Below, piece after piece: positions 23,377-36,285 of a DNA stretch of 64,000 nucleotides (its first letter is position 1; every line of letters begins with the position of its first letter). Made by a program: the position numbers and the translations under genes. The notes below the pieces were generated by a model that was given only the letters and a program-made list of their open reading frames with translations, was not told where the DNA came from and did not search any database. The stretch lies in assembly GCA_000004985.1 (NCBI GenBank), contig GG738869.1, one strand, 5' to 3'. Source of the DNA: Naegleria gruberi. Lineage: Eukaryota.

Positions 23377-25431
23377 TTAAAATATTAATTTTTTTGCATT
23401 ATACACTGATCCTACCATATACAACAAATAAACTTGAGTTGTAATTTCAATCAATTCATCATGAATTTCATCAAAGTTTGGTCTATTATTTGGATCCATA
23501 TCAACACATTTCAATCCCAAATAACGAATCTTACTAGCTTGTTTGTTGTATCTGGAAAACTTGGAACCTGTAAATAAACTATCTAAAATAGCAGCTGTGT
23601 TAGGTTTGAATTCTGTTAGGAGTTTTTGCATTATGACTCCAAAGCTGTAAATATCCAAAGATCTATCAATTAACTCTGTGTTTTCTTGTCTATTTCTCAA
23701 TTCTGGTGCAAAATAGTAGAATGGTATTTCGGATTTGATGTAAGAAACTATATCAGTTTTCTCAATATTTGGAGAAACATCAAAATCTGATAGTTCGACT
23801 TGGTGAATAATCTCTGAATCATTAATTCTAATCTTTTTGACCAACAAGTTGCTAGTTTTGATATCAAAATGAATGACATTCTTTGCATGTAAGTGTTTGA
23901 AAATATCCGAAACCTTAACAAGTGAGAATAATATTTGAAGAAGTTCTGAAAGTGTTGAGCCAGATGGAGCAGAGAAAGAATCCAATGCATCATCGAATAA
24001 TCCAATCAATTCTCCTTCACTATTTGTTGAACTATTTGGAATGATATTTTCCATTTTCTTCAATTTACAAGAAATAATTTGAGCCATCATGTAGGTGAAA
24101 TATTCTCTTTTAGATATAAAGCTAGTGAATTCAGTTTGTAAAACAAGATCAGCTTTAGATTCCAAACTAAATTGGAGATTATTCTTGAGGAATAGTTTTG
24201 GTAAAGTGTACATTGTAATGTAGTTTGCAAATGGCTCCATCTCTTCTTCAGTCAATAATTCTAATAATGATGCTACATCAACTCCGGAACCAAGTATTGC
24301 TTTGATATCTCCATTCGTTTTCTAACACATTATTATTCGAAAGTTCAGAGAAAATACAAACCTTAAAGTGATGAGCAATTAACAATCTTGTAATTTTGGG
24401 AAATCTTTTTCTTTCAGCTACTTGAATTGGTTTCTCTCCCTTTTAGTTATTGAAATAATTTAGTATATTCCATTAAAAAGAAACTTACTGGCTATTACAC
24501 TATAGTTTCTAATAAAAAATTGAAAACTTACTGGCTATTTAAAATCATTTAACAATTAATTTCTAAATGTACATACACACTGAATTGTTGAGTGATTCTC
24601 GAATATTTTAATTATAACTTACCATCTTATTCATTGTGTAAACAAAACTAATCTTGATAACTTACATTCTAGTAAGAGTTAATAAATAAATTGAAATTAA
24701 TTGAGAATACTTACACACTTTAAATAGTTAATAAATTCAAACAAATATTCAATATTCTATTCACTTACACACTGAAAATATTGTTATTTCTAATAGAAAA
24801 TAAAACTTACTCCCTAATTCATCATCACTTATTCGAAACTTTAAAATTCCAACAATTACTTACTCCCTAAAAATCATATCACTCAAATACTTTAATTCCA
24901 TTCAATACTTACTCCATTTTGGTAATCAATTTCTGGAAAACTTTTCAACAAGTATTTCACAACTTGAAATTGTTCATGTTCACATGCAATGTATAACAAT
25001 GTCCTTCCCATATGTCTATTCTTTCTTTCGGGAATGAAAACATAAAGTAGAGATTCCAGATCATTGATTCTGCACAATTCTTCAACATTTCCATGTTTAA
25101 TATGATAAACAGCTAGTAATGCATTATACATTTTGGGAAATATTTGAAAAGTTGTTATCCGTGGCTCCCATGAATTCCCTACTAGGAATCTAAATAGTGG
25201 ATCACTTGGCATTCTGAAAGGATAATTTAATGGAAATTCAAATTTAAAATCAAAGGGTTCTTCCTAGGTTTCGAATAACAATTAAATTAGAATAATTTTG
25301 ATCAAACTAACTTCATAAATTTTAAAAGAAACTGTCCATTCCGCAATATTTCCATCAGTAGCTTGTACAGAAAACCCATCATGTAATAGTTTTTTAATTT
25401 CAGTCAACTCTAACCCCACTCGTCGAAGCAT
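23377..25431 (-). CDS. UEV/UBC-fold domain + ankyrin-like segment + protein-kinase-like domain, joined through nine 3-nt micro-exons
   Basis: Exon A is 25312-25431 (MLRRVGLELTEIKKLLHDGFSVQATDGNIAEWTVSFKIYE, UBC-fold N-terminus). A 48-nt intron follows (GTTAGT..CTAG). Exon B is 24913-25263 (EEPFDFKFEFPLNYPFRMP..., no HPN-Cys so UEV-like, then LLYIACEHEQFQVVKYLL ankyrin-like). Nine 3-nt exons sit at 24864-66, 24811-13, 24769-71, 24715-17, 24666-68, 24623-25, 24577-79, 24532-34 and 24489-91, spelling GGCCNMCPP. Each is flanked by AG|NNN|GTAAGT, with 39-51-nt introns between. Exon C is 24362-24439. A 40-nt intron follows (GTTTGT). Exon D is 23377-24321 and has a kinase C-lobe (HFDIKTSNLLV, DFD, FAPE, DIYSFGVI). 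The N-lobe is degenerate. Confidence 0.55.
24483..24912 (-). repeat. Tandem array of nine about 40-55-nt intron-like units, each beginning GTAAGT/GTATGT and ending AG, separated by 3-nt in-frame spacers
   Basis: On the + strand the motif (a)acttac recurs at 24483, 24526, 24617, 24660, 24709, 24763, 24805, 24858 and 24907. The unit bodies have diverged but both splice signals are retained in every unit. Confidence 0.7.
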
Positions 25432-25729
25432 TTTTTTATAATGGAAACTTTGTAATCAGTTCAACAGATCTTTAATAACAGGGAATATTGAAGAAGGCTT
25501 GTCAGTATTAGAATGATTCAATAGCGCAACTTTATCGAAAGCAATACAATTTATGTATTATTTGATTTGTAATTGATAAACATCGGAATTAGGATTTTCG
25601 CCAATTTTATGATGGATTTCATAGCTAGATGATATTTTTGATAGAATTTAAAAAAATGCGAAAAGCTTAAATAAAATTATTAAGGATTTATTTCATCATT
25701 ATATTAGTTGATCCTCATCATGAAATCCT

Positions 25730-28700
25730 TTAAGCAAATGGAGCCCAACAAACAACACCTAGAGTGGTAGTTGTAGCAGCAGCTGTAGTCCACCACTTGT
25801 TAGTTGGAGCAGTGTAAACATAGTTAGCATAAACAACAGGACCAGAGCTTGAAGTAGCAAGATAATCAGTGAAAGCAGCAGTTGAAGTACCATCATCCCA
25901 AGTACCAGCACCAGAAGTATATGTCATTCCGAGAGGGAAGGTAATTGATTCAGCAGCTGGTAATATTGTTTGAATGAAAGTCTTTTCAGCAGCACTTTGA
26001 ATCATTACGAGTTTGGCATCCGATCTCCAATACTTGCAAATATCAGACATTACACTCTTGGTGTAGCCTGAAACAAACTTGGTGTAAATATAACAACGAC
26101 CAAGAGTGGCACTACAAGCAGTCTTACGAGCTGCACTATTTTCAACATAGGCTGGTGGTTGTGGATTGTATGGAGCAATAACACTGGCTGGACCCTTAAT
26201 GGTACCAGTAGCATATTGTGAATCTCCGAAAACACCAAAGGAAATGGAATCTTCTGTTACATCACCTTCAACAGTCAATGAGTAGGTAAAGCTTGAACCC
26301 TTAGCAATTGTGTAGACTCCTGGAGCACTTTCAAAGGAGAAACTGTCCTTGTTGGTAATTGGTTCTACACCTAGATAGACAGGGAAGTATGGATTGTAAT
26401 TATAGAAGGCATCTTGATTATAACCAGAGGCCATAGCCAAAGAGAACTTCTTGACACCACTTGGAGCACTTGATGCAACAGCAACTGTGTAATTGAATTG
26501 AGATCTGACCCAATTGGTAGACAAAATATTCTTGATAACAGATGTAGTCTTTCCCTTATAAGTGACAGTCATACCACTGTTTGCAAGTGGAACCAAAGTC
26601 TTGGTTTGGGAAGATGTGACTGTGTTACATGAGTTATCTACAACCAATTGGTAGACATTGGCAAGATTATTCCAATCGACATAGAGTGGATTGTTGGTAT
26701 CATAGTTCATTCTTTGAATTTGAACTTTACCCAAAGCACTTGTCAAACCAACACCAATACCAATAGCTAATTGTCTCCAATTCCAAATACCAGTACCAGC
26801 ATACTTGCTAACTTCAGCATTTGTGGAAACACCAGGAGACCAGGAATTAAGATCTGCTGATCTCAAAGTAGCTTCAGAACATGGATTACATCTACTACGA
26901 GAATCATTCCAAAGGCAGTTTGAGCAGTTCATTCCAGGGAATCTGTTTGATTTACAATAATTTGGAACAGAACCATATCTGAGAGGGTTGGCAGAGAAGG
27001 AGCTAGTACATCCACTACAACTACAAGGTTCTGTGGATTCACCGTCAGTTACGTGAATAATCATCTTGTTTACGATACTCTTTCTACCATAGCTTACCAT
27101 TTGGTCAATAGCAGCATTAATACCAGCAATTGAACCAGTTCCTGACTTTAATTGGGAAGCAGAGCTAATCTTGGACAAGACAACATCAACACTAGTACCA
27201 CTGTTAACTTGGAGGTGAGTAGTAATGCTTGAGGCAAACTGAATGATACCAATGTTTGTTCCAGTTGGTGAGATGTTGGAACCGAATCCCCTAGTAACGT
27301 TACCCATAAAGCTCTTCATCTTGATCCAATTTTCATCAGAAATAGAACCACTACCATCGAGGACAAAGATAATGTCCATATCAAGAGAACAAGTACAACT
27401 GGTGTATTGAACTGTTACAGTAGCACTTGATGAAGTACCATCTTGATCAGAAACAATAGTATATTCGAATTGGATAGAATCACAACTGTTGGCAACTGGT
27501 TTCACTCTAATAACTTGACTATTAGCAGGATCGTTTGGATTCAAAATAGTTGGAGTACCACTGGCACAATATCCAGTTGGACATGAGATACTAGCAAACT
27601 TGAAAGTACCACCAAGAGAATCATAATCGTTCGACAACAAGGTACTAACAGAAATGTCAACTTGGGCATTATACTTGGTAGAAACTACGTCATTGACAGC
27701 GATTGGAGGAGAAGCAAGAGGAGTAATAGTAATATTTGCAGAAACAGTAACTGGAGCATCAACATCACTATCGCTAACACCAACAATGAACCAACAAGAT
27801 GAACCAACAAAGGTTGTTTGTCTGAGGAAGCTAATCTTATTGGAGACAACAGAGATTGAAGAAACCAGAGTAGAAGTACAGGTACCTGTGTTTGTAATTG
27901 AAGTAAGCTTTAACTTGTCAGCAGTGTCAGCATCATAAGCATTAGAAACAGCCAAATAGTCAATAGTTTGTGCAACGTTGGTAGCTCTGCTTACAGAGTA
28001 AATATGGTTATAACTTGGAGCAACTGGAGCAGTATTTGGTTGATTTACGATAATCTTACAAGAAACTGTTTGACCAGCAGTATTAGAATAAGAATAAGTA
28101 GCATAACAGTTATCATTGATGCAGGAACGAGTACTATCTGCAGTATAAGTCCACTTGCTTGAAACCTTTGCAATTGTACCAACCTTAAGATTTGCAGTAG
28201 AGACAAGATTGATAGAGGCTGGTTCTGAGCCAGAAACCTTTACGAGAGCCAATCTCAAAGAATCTTCGAATTGATTAGCAGCATCATTCTTAGTGGCAGA
28301 AATGTAATAGTCGATACAGTTGAGAGCTGAACCAACAATGTTGATTGTATAAATGTAAGATGTTGTGAGTTGACCGTCTGTGAGGTAAACGTAGAATTGT
28401 TGGGTACCAATGAAAGAATTTGCATAAGTAAACTTGACTGATCCGTCAGTGTTCAAAACTACAGATGTACCAGAATTTTGATTTGGCAAGAGAGCAACTG
28501 AGGCAACAGTGACAGAATCACCATCAGCATCACTAGCACCAACCAAGAGATTGTTCAAGATTGTTGTTGGATTTGAGTAATTTCTAGTAACATTGGCAGT
28601 CTTGGAAGTACCTTGTGGTGGAGTATTGGTAATTGTAACAGAAACTTGTCCTGAAGTACTGAGTGGACCATCAGTACAAGAATAAGAGAAGGAATCAGAG

Positions 28701-31700
28701 ACAGTGTAAGCAGATCCATCACTTGGTGTGTTGGTGTAGGTGATAGAGGTAGATGGTTGATATGTAAAACTACCCAAAGAAGAATCAGTAACAACAACAC
28801 TTCCCAATGAACCTTGAGTAACACCAGAAAATGTGAGAGGATCACTGTTTGGATCAGAACACTTTGAAAGAATATTAGTGAATGAGGCAACATTTCTCCA
28901 CAAAACAGTAGCTGAAGTTGATTGAGCAGATGGAGCATCATTTGTATAAGTAATAGTTACAGTAACAAAGCTTGAAGTAGTAACTGAATCACTAATAGCA
29001 TACTTGAAAGTATCAACACCAGCTCCAAGAGCAGAATTATCCTTGTAGGTAACACTCTTCTTATCAGCACTTAATGTGAGAGAGGCAGATCTAGTAGATG
29101 AAACACTATCAATACTGCTAATGTAAATATCATCACCATTGGTATCGACATCATTAGCAAGTAAATTGAGAACAAGAGTCTTATTTCTCCAGTGTGTTGA
29201 GTAAGTATCAGCAACAGCAACTGGAGCAGTGTTAGTGAGTGCAATAGAGACAGTTTGGGTGACAGTTTGAGCGCCATCTGTAATCTTGAATTGGAATGAG
29301 GTAGAAAGAACTTGATTAGCAGGAGGAACAAACTTTACAACACCACTACTGACAGCAGTGAGAGTACCAACAGCTGGTTGAGAATAGTATGACACAGAGA
29401 GACTATCACCATCAGCATCCCTGGCATCAGCTAGCAAATTAATATTGAAACCAGATTGGACATTTCTCCAATGATTACTAAATGTTTGATCGCTTGATGT
29501 TGGAGCATAATTTTGGAGATTAATAGTTACAGTTTGAGTTGCTGAGCTATCAAGACCATCTGAAACAGAATAAGTGAAAGTTTGTTGAACCAAGTTGCCA
29601 GTTGGGTTGACAAAAGTAAAGGTCTTCTTATCACCTGAAAGAGTGAGTGTGCCAACAGATGGAGTTGTGAAAGCATTAACAGTCAATTTGGTAGTATCAG
29701 CCGAGTCACTATCGGTTGGTTTAAGAGCATCAGTTCTATCAATAATTGGAATTGTAATAGTATAGTTACTAAAGTGGACAGTAAGAGGAATATTATAAGC
29801 AACAGGAATACTATTACTAATTACAATTGGGAATGTAGCACTAGAGGCAGTCCAACCGTCAGTGAAAGCTACTGTGAATGTATCAGTTCCCTTCCATGGA
29901 GAAGTTAACTTGTAGGTAACTGTATTGGATGACCCAAGAACAACGGTACCTTGATTACCATTCTTTGTGATGGAAGTAACATTAACAGCATCATTTTCAG
30001 CGTCAGTGAATCTGGAATTCAAATTAATTGTTGCTGTAGTGTCATAAACAGCTCTCCAATGATAATTGAAAGCTTGAGTATCAACGGATGGAACAGTGTT
30101 GATAACAGTGACTGAAATGGTTCCAGAAACTGTTTCCTTGCCATCAGATACAATGAAAGTAACAGTATCAACCTTTCCTACAAATCCACTAGTTGGAGTG
30201 TAAATGATATTACCACCACTCTTAACAATAGTACCTTGAACAGCAGGAATGGTACTAAAGCTTGAAATAGTGAGAGAATCACCATTACTATCACTTGAAC
30301 CACCAATAACATTGAAAGTAACACCAGACTTGGCAACCTTCCAAACAACGCTTGAAGTATAACTAGTGGTTGTTGGTTTACTATTGGTTACAAGAATGAA
30401 AATCTTACCAGTGGTTGTGGTAACACCATCAGAGATAACATATGTCAAAGTATCATTACCAAGAGGAGCAGTATTTGGATAGTAAACAATCTTATTGCCA
30501 CTAATGATTGGAGCTTGTGTTGCCAAAGAACCATAAACTGAACTAATAGTGAGTGGATCACTTTCAGCATCAACATCATTGGCCAAGGCATCAATAACAA
30601 TAGAAGCAGTATTCCAGTGAACAGAGAGATAATCACTGTTAGCAACTGGAGCAGTATTAGTAACTTTGAGTGTAACAGTATTACTAACATCACCATTTGA
30701 GGCACCATCAGTAACTACATAACGGAAAGAGGTTGTACCAGTAAAGGTAGAACCTGGTGCAGAAATAGTTACAGAAGTGGTATCCTTTCTTTGAACAGTT
30801 CCTGATGCAAGTTCATTAACAACAGACTTTAAGGAGATTGGATCAGAGTTTGGATCAGCATCAGCTGTTGCCAAGGCAAGGACATTCAAATCAAAGCTTC
30901 TATAATTTCTCCAAGTAATTTCATATGATTTAGCAGAAACAACAGGAGGAGTATTAGTAACTTGAACAGTGAAAGAAGCAGTAGCATTCTTCAATCCATC
31001 AGATACAATATATGTTGCTTGAACTGTACCAATTGTTGAGGTTGGTGTGTAGGTGGCAACATTTGAAGCAATTGAGAGAGAACCAACTGGAACACTACCA
31101 GGATAGGTTGTCAAATAACCACTATCGGCACTATCCGCATCAGCAATTAATGGACCAAGATTGACAGTAGCAGTATTTCTCCAGTGAACTGGAGTAGAAG
31201 CAGCTTGAGCAGTTGGAGCGTTATCATAGACGTTCATATAGAAAGTGAGAGAACTGGTACCTGCACCATTATTATATGAAAATACGAATTTTTCTTCACC
31301 AGTAAAACCAACAGCAGGTTTGTAATTGAAATTCTTCAAGTCATCCAAAACATTTACAGTACCTCCCTTGTTTGGAGCAACGTTCAAAATCTTGTTCAAT
31401 TCAAGAGTACCGTATGAAGTGATATTATCAAAAGCATAGAAATCTTGTCCTACCAAACTCTTTCTCCAGTGAACATCAAAGTATTTTTCTTCAGCAGATG
31501 GAACAACACTTCTAATATCTACAGTTACAGTAGCAACAGCTGACTTAATCAAACCGTCATAAATTTGATAAGTAAAAGTATCAATACCAGTTTGAGTAAC
31601 CAAAGCAGGAGATGGGAAGTACTTGATCTTCTTATTGGAACTATCAATGGTAACAGCACCAGAACCAAATCTTGTTGATGCACCAACATTACTGACAACC

Positions 31701-34700
31701 AAATATGCAGAATCATCAGTATCAGAATCAGTTGCCAAACTAACAGCCTCAATAGTAATACCTGTTTGAACATTAGCACCATAGTATGTAACTGAAATAT
31801 CAGCAGCAGTTGGTGGGTTGTTGTATGAGGTTGTAGTTAAGGTCTTTGTAGAGCTATCCAAACCATCGGTCAATGTAGCAGTACAAACAGCAGTTCCAGT
31901 AAAGCTTGAAGAAGCAAAATTGACAACTTTAACAGCTCCAGATGCAACTGTAGAACAACCAGTACCTGTAACAGAGAGAGTGAGACTGTCACCATCACCA
32001 TCGGTTGGAGTATTGTAAACATTATAAGTAACACCACTAGCAGCAGTTCTCCAGTGAACAGTTTGAACTTGAGCATCAATGTTTGGTACATTGTTATTTG
32101 TAACTGTAACAAAAACAGTGGCAGTATTTGAGTTCAAAGCACCATCAGTAGCCTTATAAGTGAATTGATTAACACCAGTAGTAGGAGAAGAACCAAGGGT
32201 ATATCTAATAAGATTATTATTCTTTTCAATGGTACCTTTGGCAGGTTGAGTGAAAGTATCAACTGAGAGGGTATCAGAATCAGCATCAACATCATTAGCC
32301 AAAACATTAATGTCGATATTAGTAGATTTCCAGTGAACAGAGATGGTATCATTACTTGCAACAGGAGCATTATCCTTAATAGTTACATAAACAGTAGATG
32401 TACCTTGCGAAATACCATCAGTAATAGTGTAGGTGAATGAATCAGAACCAACAAATCCTTTAGTTGGAGTATAGATAGCTTTGCCGTTAGATTTTAAGGT
32501 TGAACCAGAGGTAGCTGAGGAAACAGATTGAAGACTGATAGAATCAGAATCAGCATCTGTGCATCCAGACAAAACATCAATAGTAATACCAGTTGACCAT
32601 ACGGACCAGTGAGCTTCAATATTCTTAACTGTTGCTGTTGGAGCAGTATTCTTAACAGAGACAACAAATGTACCTGTCTTACTAACCCAACCATCAGTGA
32701 ATTTAGCAGTGAAAGAGGAATCACCCAAAACTGGGCTATCTGGAAGAGTCCAATTAACCTTATCGGAAGAAATACTTGGAGTACCATAAGTAGTAGCACC
32801 AGTAGTCAAACTGAATGTAATAGCATCATTATCAGCATCAGTTACTGCAGATAAAACATCAATCAAGGTAGATTTTTGAGTCCAATGAATATTGGTTGGG
32901 AAGACTGTAACAACAGGATCGTTATTCAAAATGTTAATAGTCCAGTCAACTGATTTAGTCAACAAACCATCAGTGAAAGTAATAGTAACAATACTTGCAC
33001 CAGTATAACCTTGTTGACCAACAAAAGTAACCATATTACCAGAGAAAGTTGCAGAGCCACCAACATTAACAGAAACTGTCTTGACAGTTACAGTGTCTTC
33101 ATTGTCAGCGTCATTAGCACCACACATTACGACAGCATCACGAGTATAACCAGAAACAACTACGTCAAAGTGCTTGTTTTCAGTAACAGCATTAGCAGTT
33201 GGTGCTTGATCATAGACATTAAGATTGACTTGAACTTGAGAAGTACTAGCACCATCAGTAATGGTTACATTGAATGTATCAGCGCCCAAATAATTGTTTT
33301 GTTGAGTGTATTTGACATTTGGAATTGTAGAAGCATCACCGTTATTGATAGCAACTGAACCCTTAGAAGGAGTTGAAGTTGAAAGAATTGAGAGAGAATC
33401 TCCATCAGCATCGAGCGGTTGAGGAGTAGAGAACATATCAATAGTGGTACCACCAGTTTTTTGAGTAGACCAGTGAATATTCTTATTAATGACTTGATCT
33501 TGAGGAACATTATTATTGGTAACAATAAGTGTAACAGATGAAGAAGCACTCTTGGTAACATCATCGGTAGCAATATAGGTAATTTCTTGCGTACCAACAG
33601 ATGCAGCAACAGGAGAAAAGACAATAGCCTTTCTTTGAGCATCAATAGAAACTGATCCCTTGAAATCAGCAGCTTTGCTAACAGTATCAACAAAGAGAGC
33701 ATCATTGTTTGGATCCTTATCGTTTGCCAAAACATTCAATTGGTTATCACTTGACTTCCAGTGGAAAGTATAAGAGTCAGCAACTGGAAGAGGAGCATCA
33801 TTTCTAAGAGTGACAACAACATTGGCAACAGTTTCCTTTCCATAGTCAGAAACAGTGTATGTGAAAGTTGTTTCACCAGAATACTTTTCAGATGACTTGG
33901 ATGTGAAAACAAGAGCATCAGTACCATCAGCAAGTTGAGTACGAGTAACAACACCCTTTGATGGTTGAGTGAAGCTAGCAATATGAAGTGGGTCAGAATC
34001 AGCATCAACATCATTTGACAATACATTAATAGTAACTGAAGCATCATTCCAGTGAACAGAAGCAGTATCATCAACAGGAGCTGGAGCAGCATTAGTAACT
34101 TGCACAGTGACTGTTCCTTGATTTGATTCATCTAAGCCATCAGTAGTAGTGTAAGTAAATGTAGTGGTACCAGTGAAACCATTGTTTGGTTTAAAGAGAA
34201 CCTTTTTACCACCTTCAAAACTGGAAACTTGACCAGCAGTTGGTTGAGTCAATGTCTTGATAACCAAAGTATCATAATCACCTGGATTGATATCTTGGTC
34301 ATTATTCAAAACTTCAATAACAACACTTCTATTCCAAGATACAGACACAGCATCATTGTTAGCAATAGGAGCATCATTGACAACATTAACAGTGACAGTA
34401 GCATAATTAGAGAGAGCACCTTCATCATCAACAATAGAATAAGTAAAGGTGTCAACATATGTTTGGTTGAGAGCAGCATAGGTAACAAATCTGTTATTTG
34501 GTGAAATGTCAACAGTAATACCTTGAGTAGAAACAGTTGCAAGATCATATTGAATAGCATCACTATTTGGATCATAATCATTACTGATCAATTCAAATTT
34601 ACCAACTAAACCCTTAGAAACTTTAACAATATCGTCAACAGCAACAGGAGCGATATTTTTAACACCAACAATCAAATAACCAGTTACAGTGAAAATGCCT

Positions 34701-36285
34701 GTAGTTGATCCATCCTTGTTAGAATTTTTAACCTTGTATGGAGCAACATCGGTACCAGTGAAATCAGCTGGAGGAGTATAAGTCACATTCTTATCATCAA
34801 TCTTCTTGATCTTACCACCATTTTCAGTGGACAATTCATCAAAATCGAGCAAGAGATAATCATTGGAAGCACTATAATCATTAGCAACAACATCAACAGT
34901 GATTGGAACATTCTTATCGCACAAAACAGTATCATTAACAGCAACTGGAGCGACAGGAATAACATTAATAGTAACAGTACTTGTTACTGTATCAATATCA
35001 TCAGTAATTCTAAGCTTGAAAGATTCACTATAAATTACACCATCTTCAGGAGTGTAAACCATGGTATAACTATTCTTTTTAACATTGTAAAAATCTTGGG
35101 TTGGATAATTGACTTGAGTAATTGTGGATTGTTCCAAGAATTGGAAGGTACCACGAGTTGGCTTGGTCAACAAGGAAACGGTAACAGTATCTAACATATC
35201 AGCATCAGTGTATGTCAAATCCAATTGGTTATCCTTTGAATTCTTTGGAACATTGAGAATTCTATCAGCATTATTTGGTGGAGTATTGACAACTTTCAAG
35301 AAAACATAACTGCTTGAAGTAGTTGGACCATCAGTAATTGTATATTCAAAGGCATCAGTCAAAGCTTCAACCTTTGCAGGTGGAATGTAACTGAGATAGG
35401 TAGCATCTGAGGAAGTGATAACAGTACCAGCACTACCAGTACCAGATGTTGATGCAACAATAGTAATATTATCACCATTAATATCATAATCATTTTCCAT
35501 AACTCTGAGGATAGTCTTGGCATTCTTTGGAACAGTGTAAGTATCTGGATCAGCAACAGGTGGATCATTTTCAACATTAATAGTAATGAGAGCACTAACA
35601 ATAGCATTACCATCAGAAACGGTATAGTTGAATTGATCTTGAGCATTGAAACCATATTTTGGAGTGTAGTATACATATTTAGTGTCAAAAGTAACAACAG
35701 CTTCTGGAACTTGAGAAGCTGTAATACCAACAACAGTCAATTCGTCATTATCTGGATCAGTAATGAAAGCACCGTTATCAGTAACATAAGCAAAAATGTC
35801 AATACTGTTCTTTTTGCTATTCTTACTAACAGTGAGTGTAATATCAACCAATTCAGGTGGACGATTCAAAACTTCTACATGAACATTTGCTGAAGAAATC
35901 ATATAACCATTAGTTACATAATATTGGAAGGTTTCATTTCCAGCAAAAGAGCCTTTTGAAGTATAAACTAGTGTCTTACCATCCTTCAAAGAAACTGTAC
36001 CAGAAGTAGGTTGAGTAACGTTAACGAGAGTTAAATTCAATGATTTTGGATCAGCATCGTTAAGAAGTGGATATATTGTGATTGGGTAACGTTTGTAGAC
36101 TTGAATATAATCCTATTAGTTGTGGGTATTCAGAAAGTTGACATTTAGACATGCATGAATATAATGATGATAAACACAACAAATTCGAAATACTATGAAT
36201 TACTTACGTCTTTTGCGTCAGGAGCAGAGACTCCAGCAGAGACTGTAACCATGACAATAGTAACAACAACACTCGCAACAACCAT
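25730..36285 (-). CDS. Giant secreted adhesin-like protein (about 3,480 aa): signal peptide, about 25-30 tandem cadherin-like/Ig-like (VCBS-type) repeats, vWA domain, C-type lectin-like domain
   Basis: Exon 1 is 36218-36285 (MVVASVVVTIVMVTVSAGVSAPDAKD, hydrophobic signal). A 105-nt intron at 36113-36217 follows (GTAAGT...AATAG). Exon 2 is 25730-36112, a 10.4-kb uninterrupted ORF ending at TAA. About 100-aa repeats carry PVAxxD / VLxNDxDxxxDxL / TYTxxDG motifs. The vWA reads DIIFVLDGSGSIS...IHVTDGEST (MIDAS DxSxS). The C-terminal region has CTLD-like Cys/Trp spacing (CSATLGRCYIYTK...WDDG...VVCWAPFA). Confidence 0.8.

Noticed and set aside
24483-24912. Interpreting the nine GTAAGT-initiated units as a transposon, MITE or satellite
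   Set aside because: There are no terminal inverted repeats or target-site duplications. Unit bodies are diverged while only the splice-signal ends are conserved. The array lies exactly between two exons of one gene, so an intronic/exonic splicing array is the better explanation, though a plain tandem repeat is not fully excluded.
26050-35893. Dozens of 60-160-aa ORFs antisense or out of frame within the giant adhesin gene (e.g. 28555-28941, 33265-33735, 33736-34131), very Leu/Ile-rich
   Set aside because: These are compositional artefacts of the Thr/Ser/Val/Asn-rich sense frame. They overlap an uninterrupted 10.3-kb ORF that has clear domain content.
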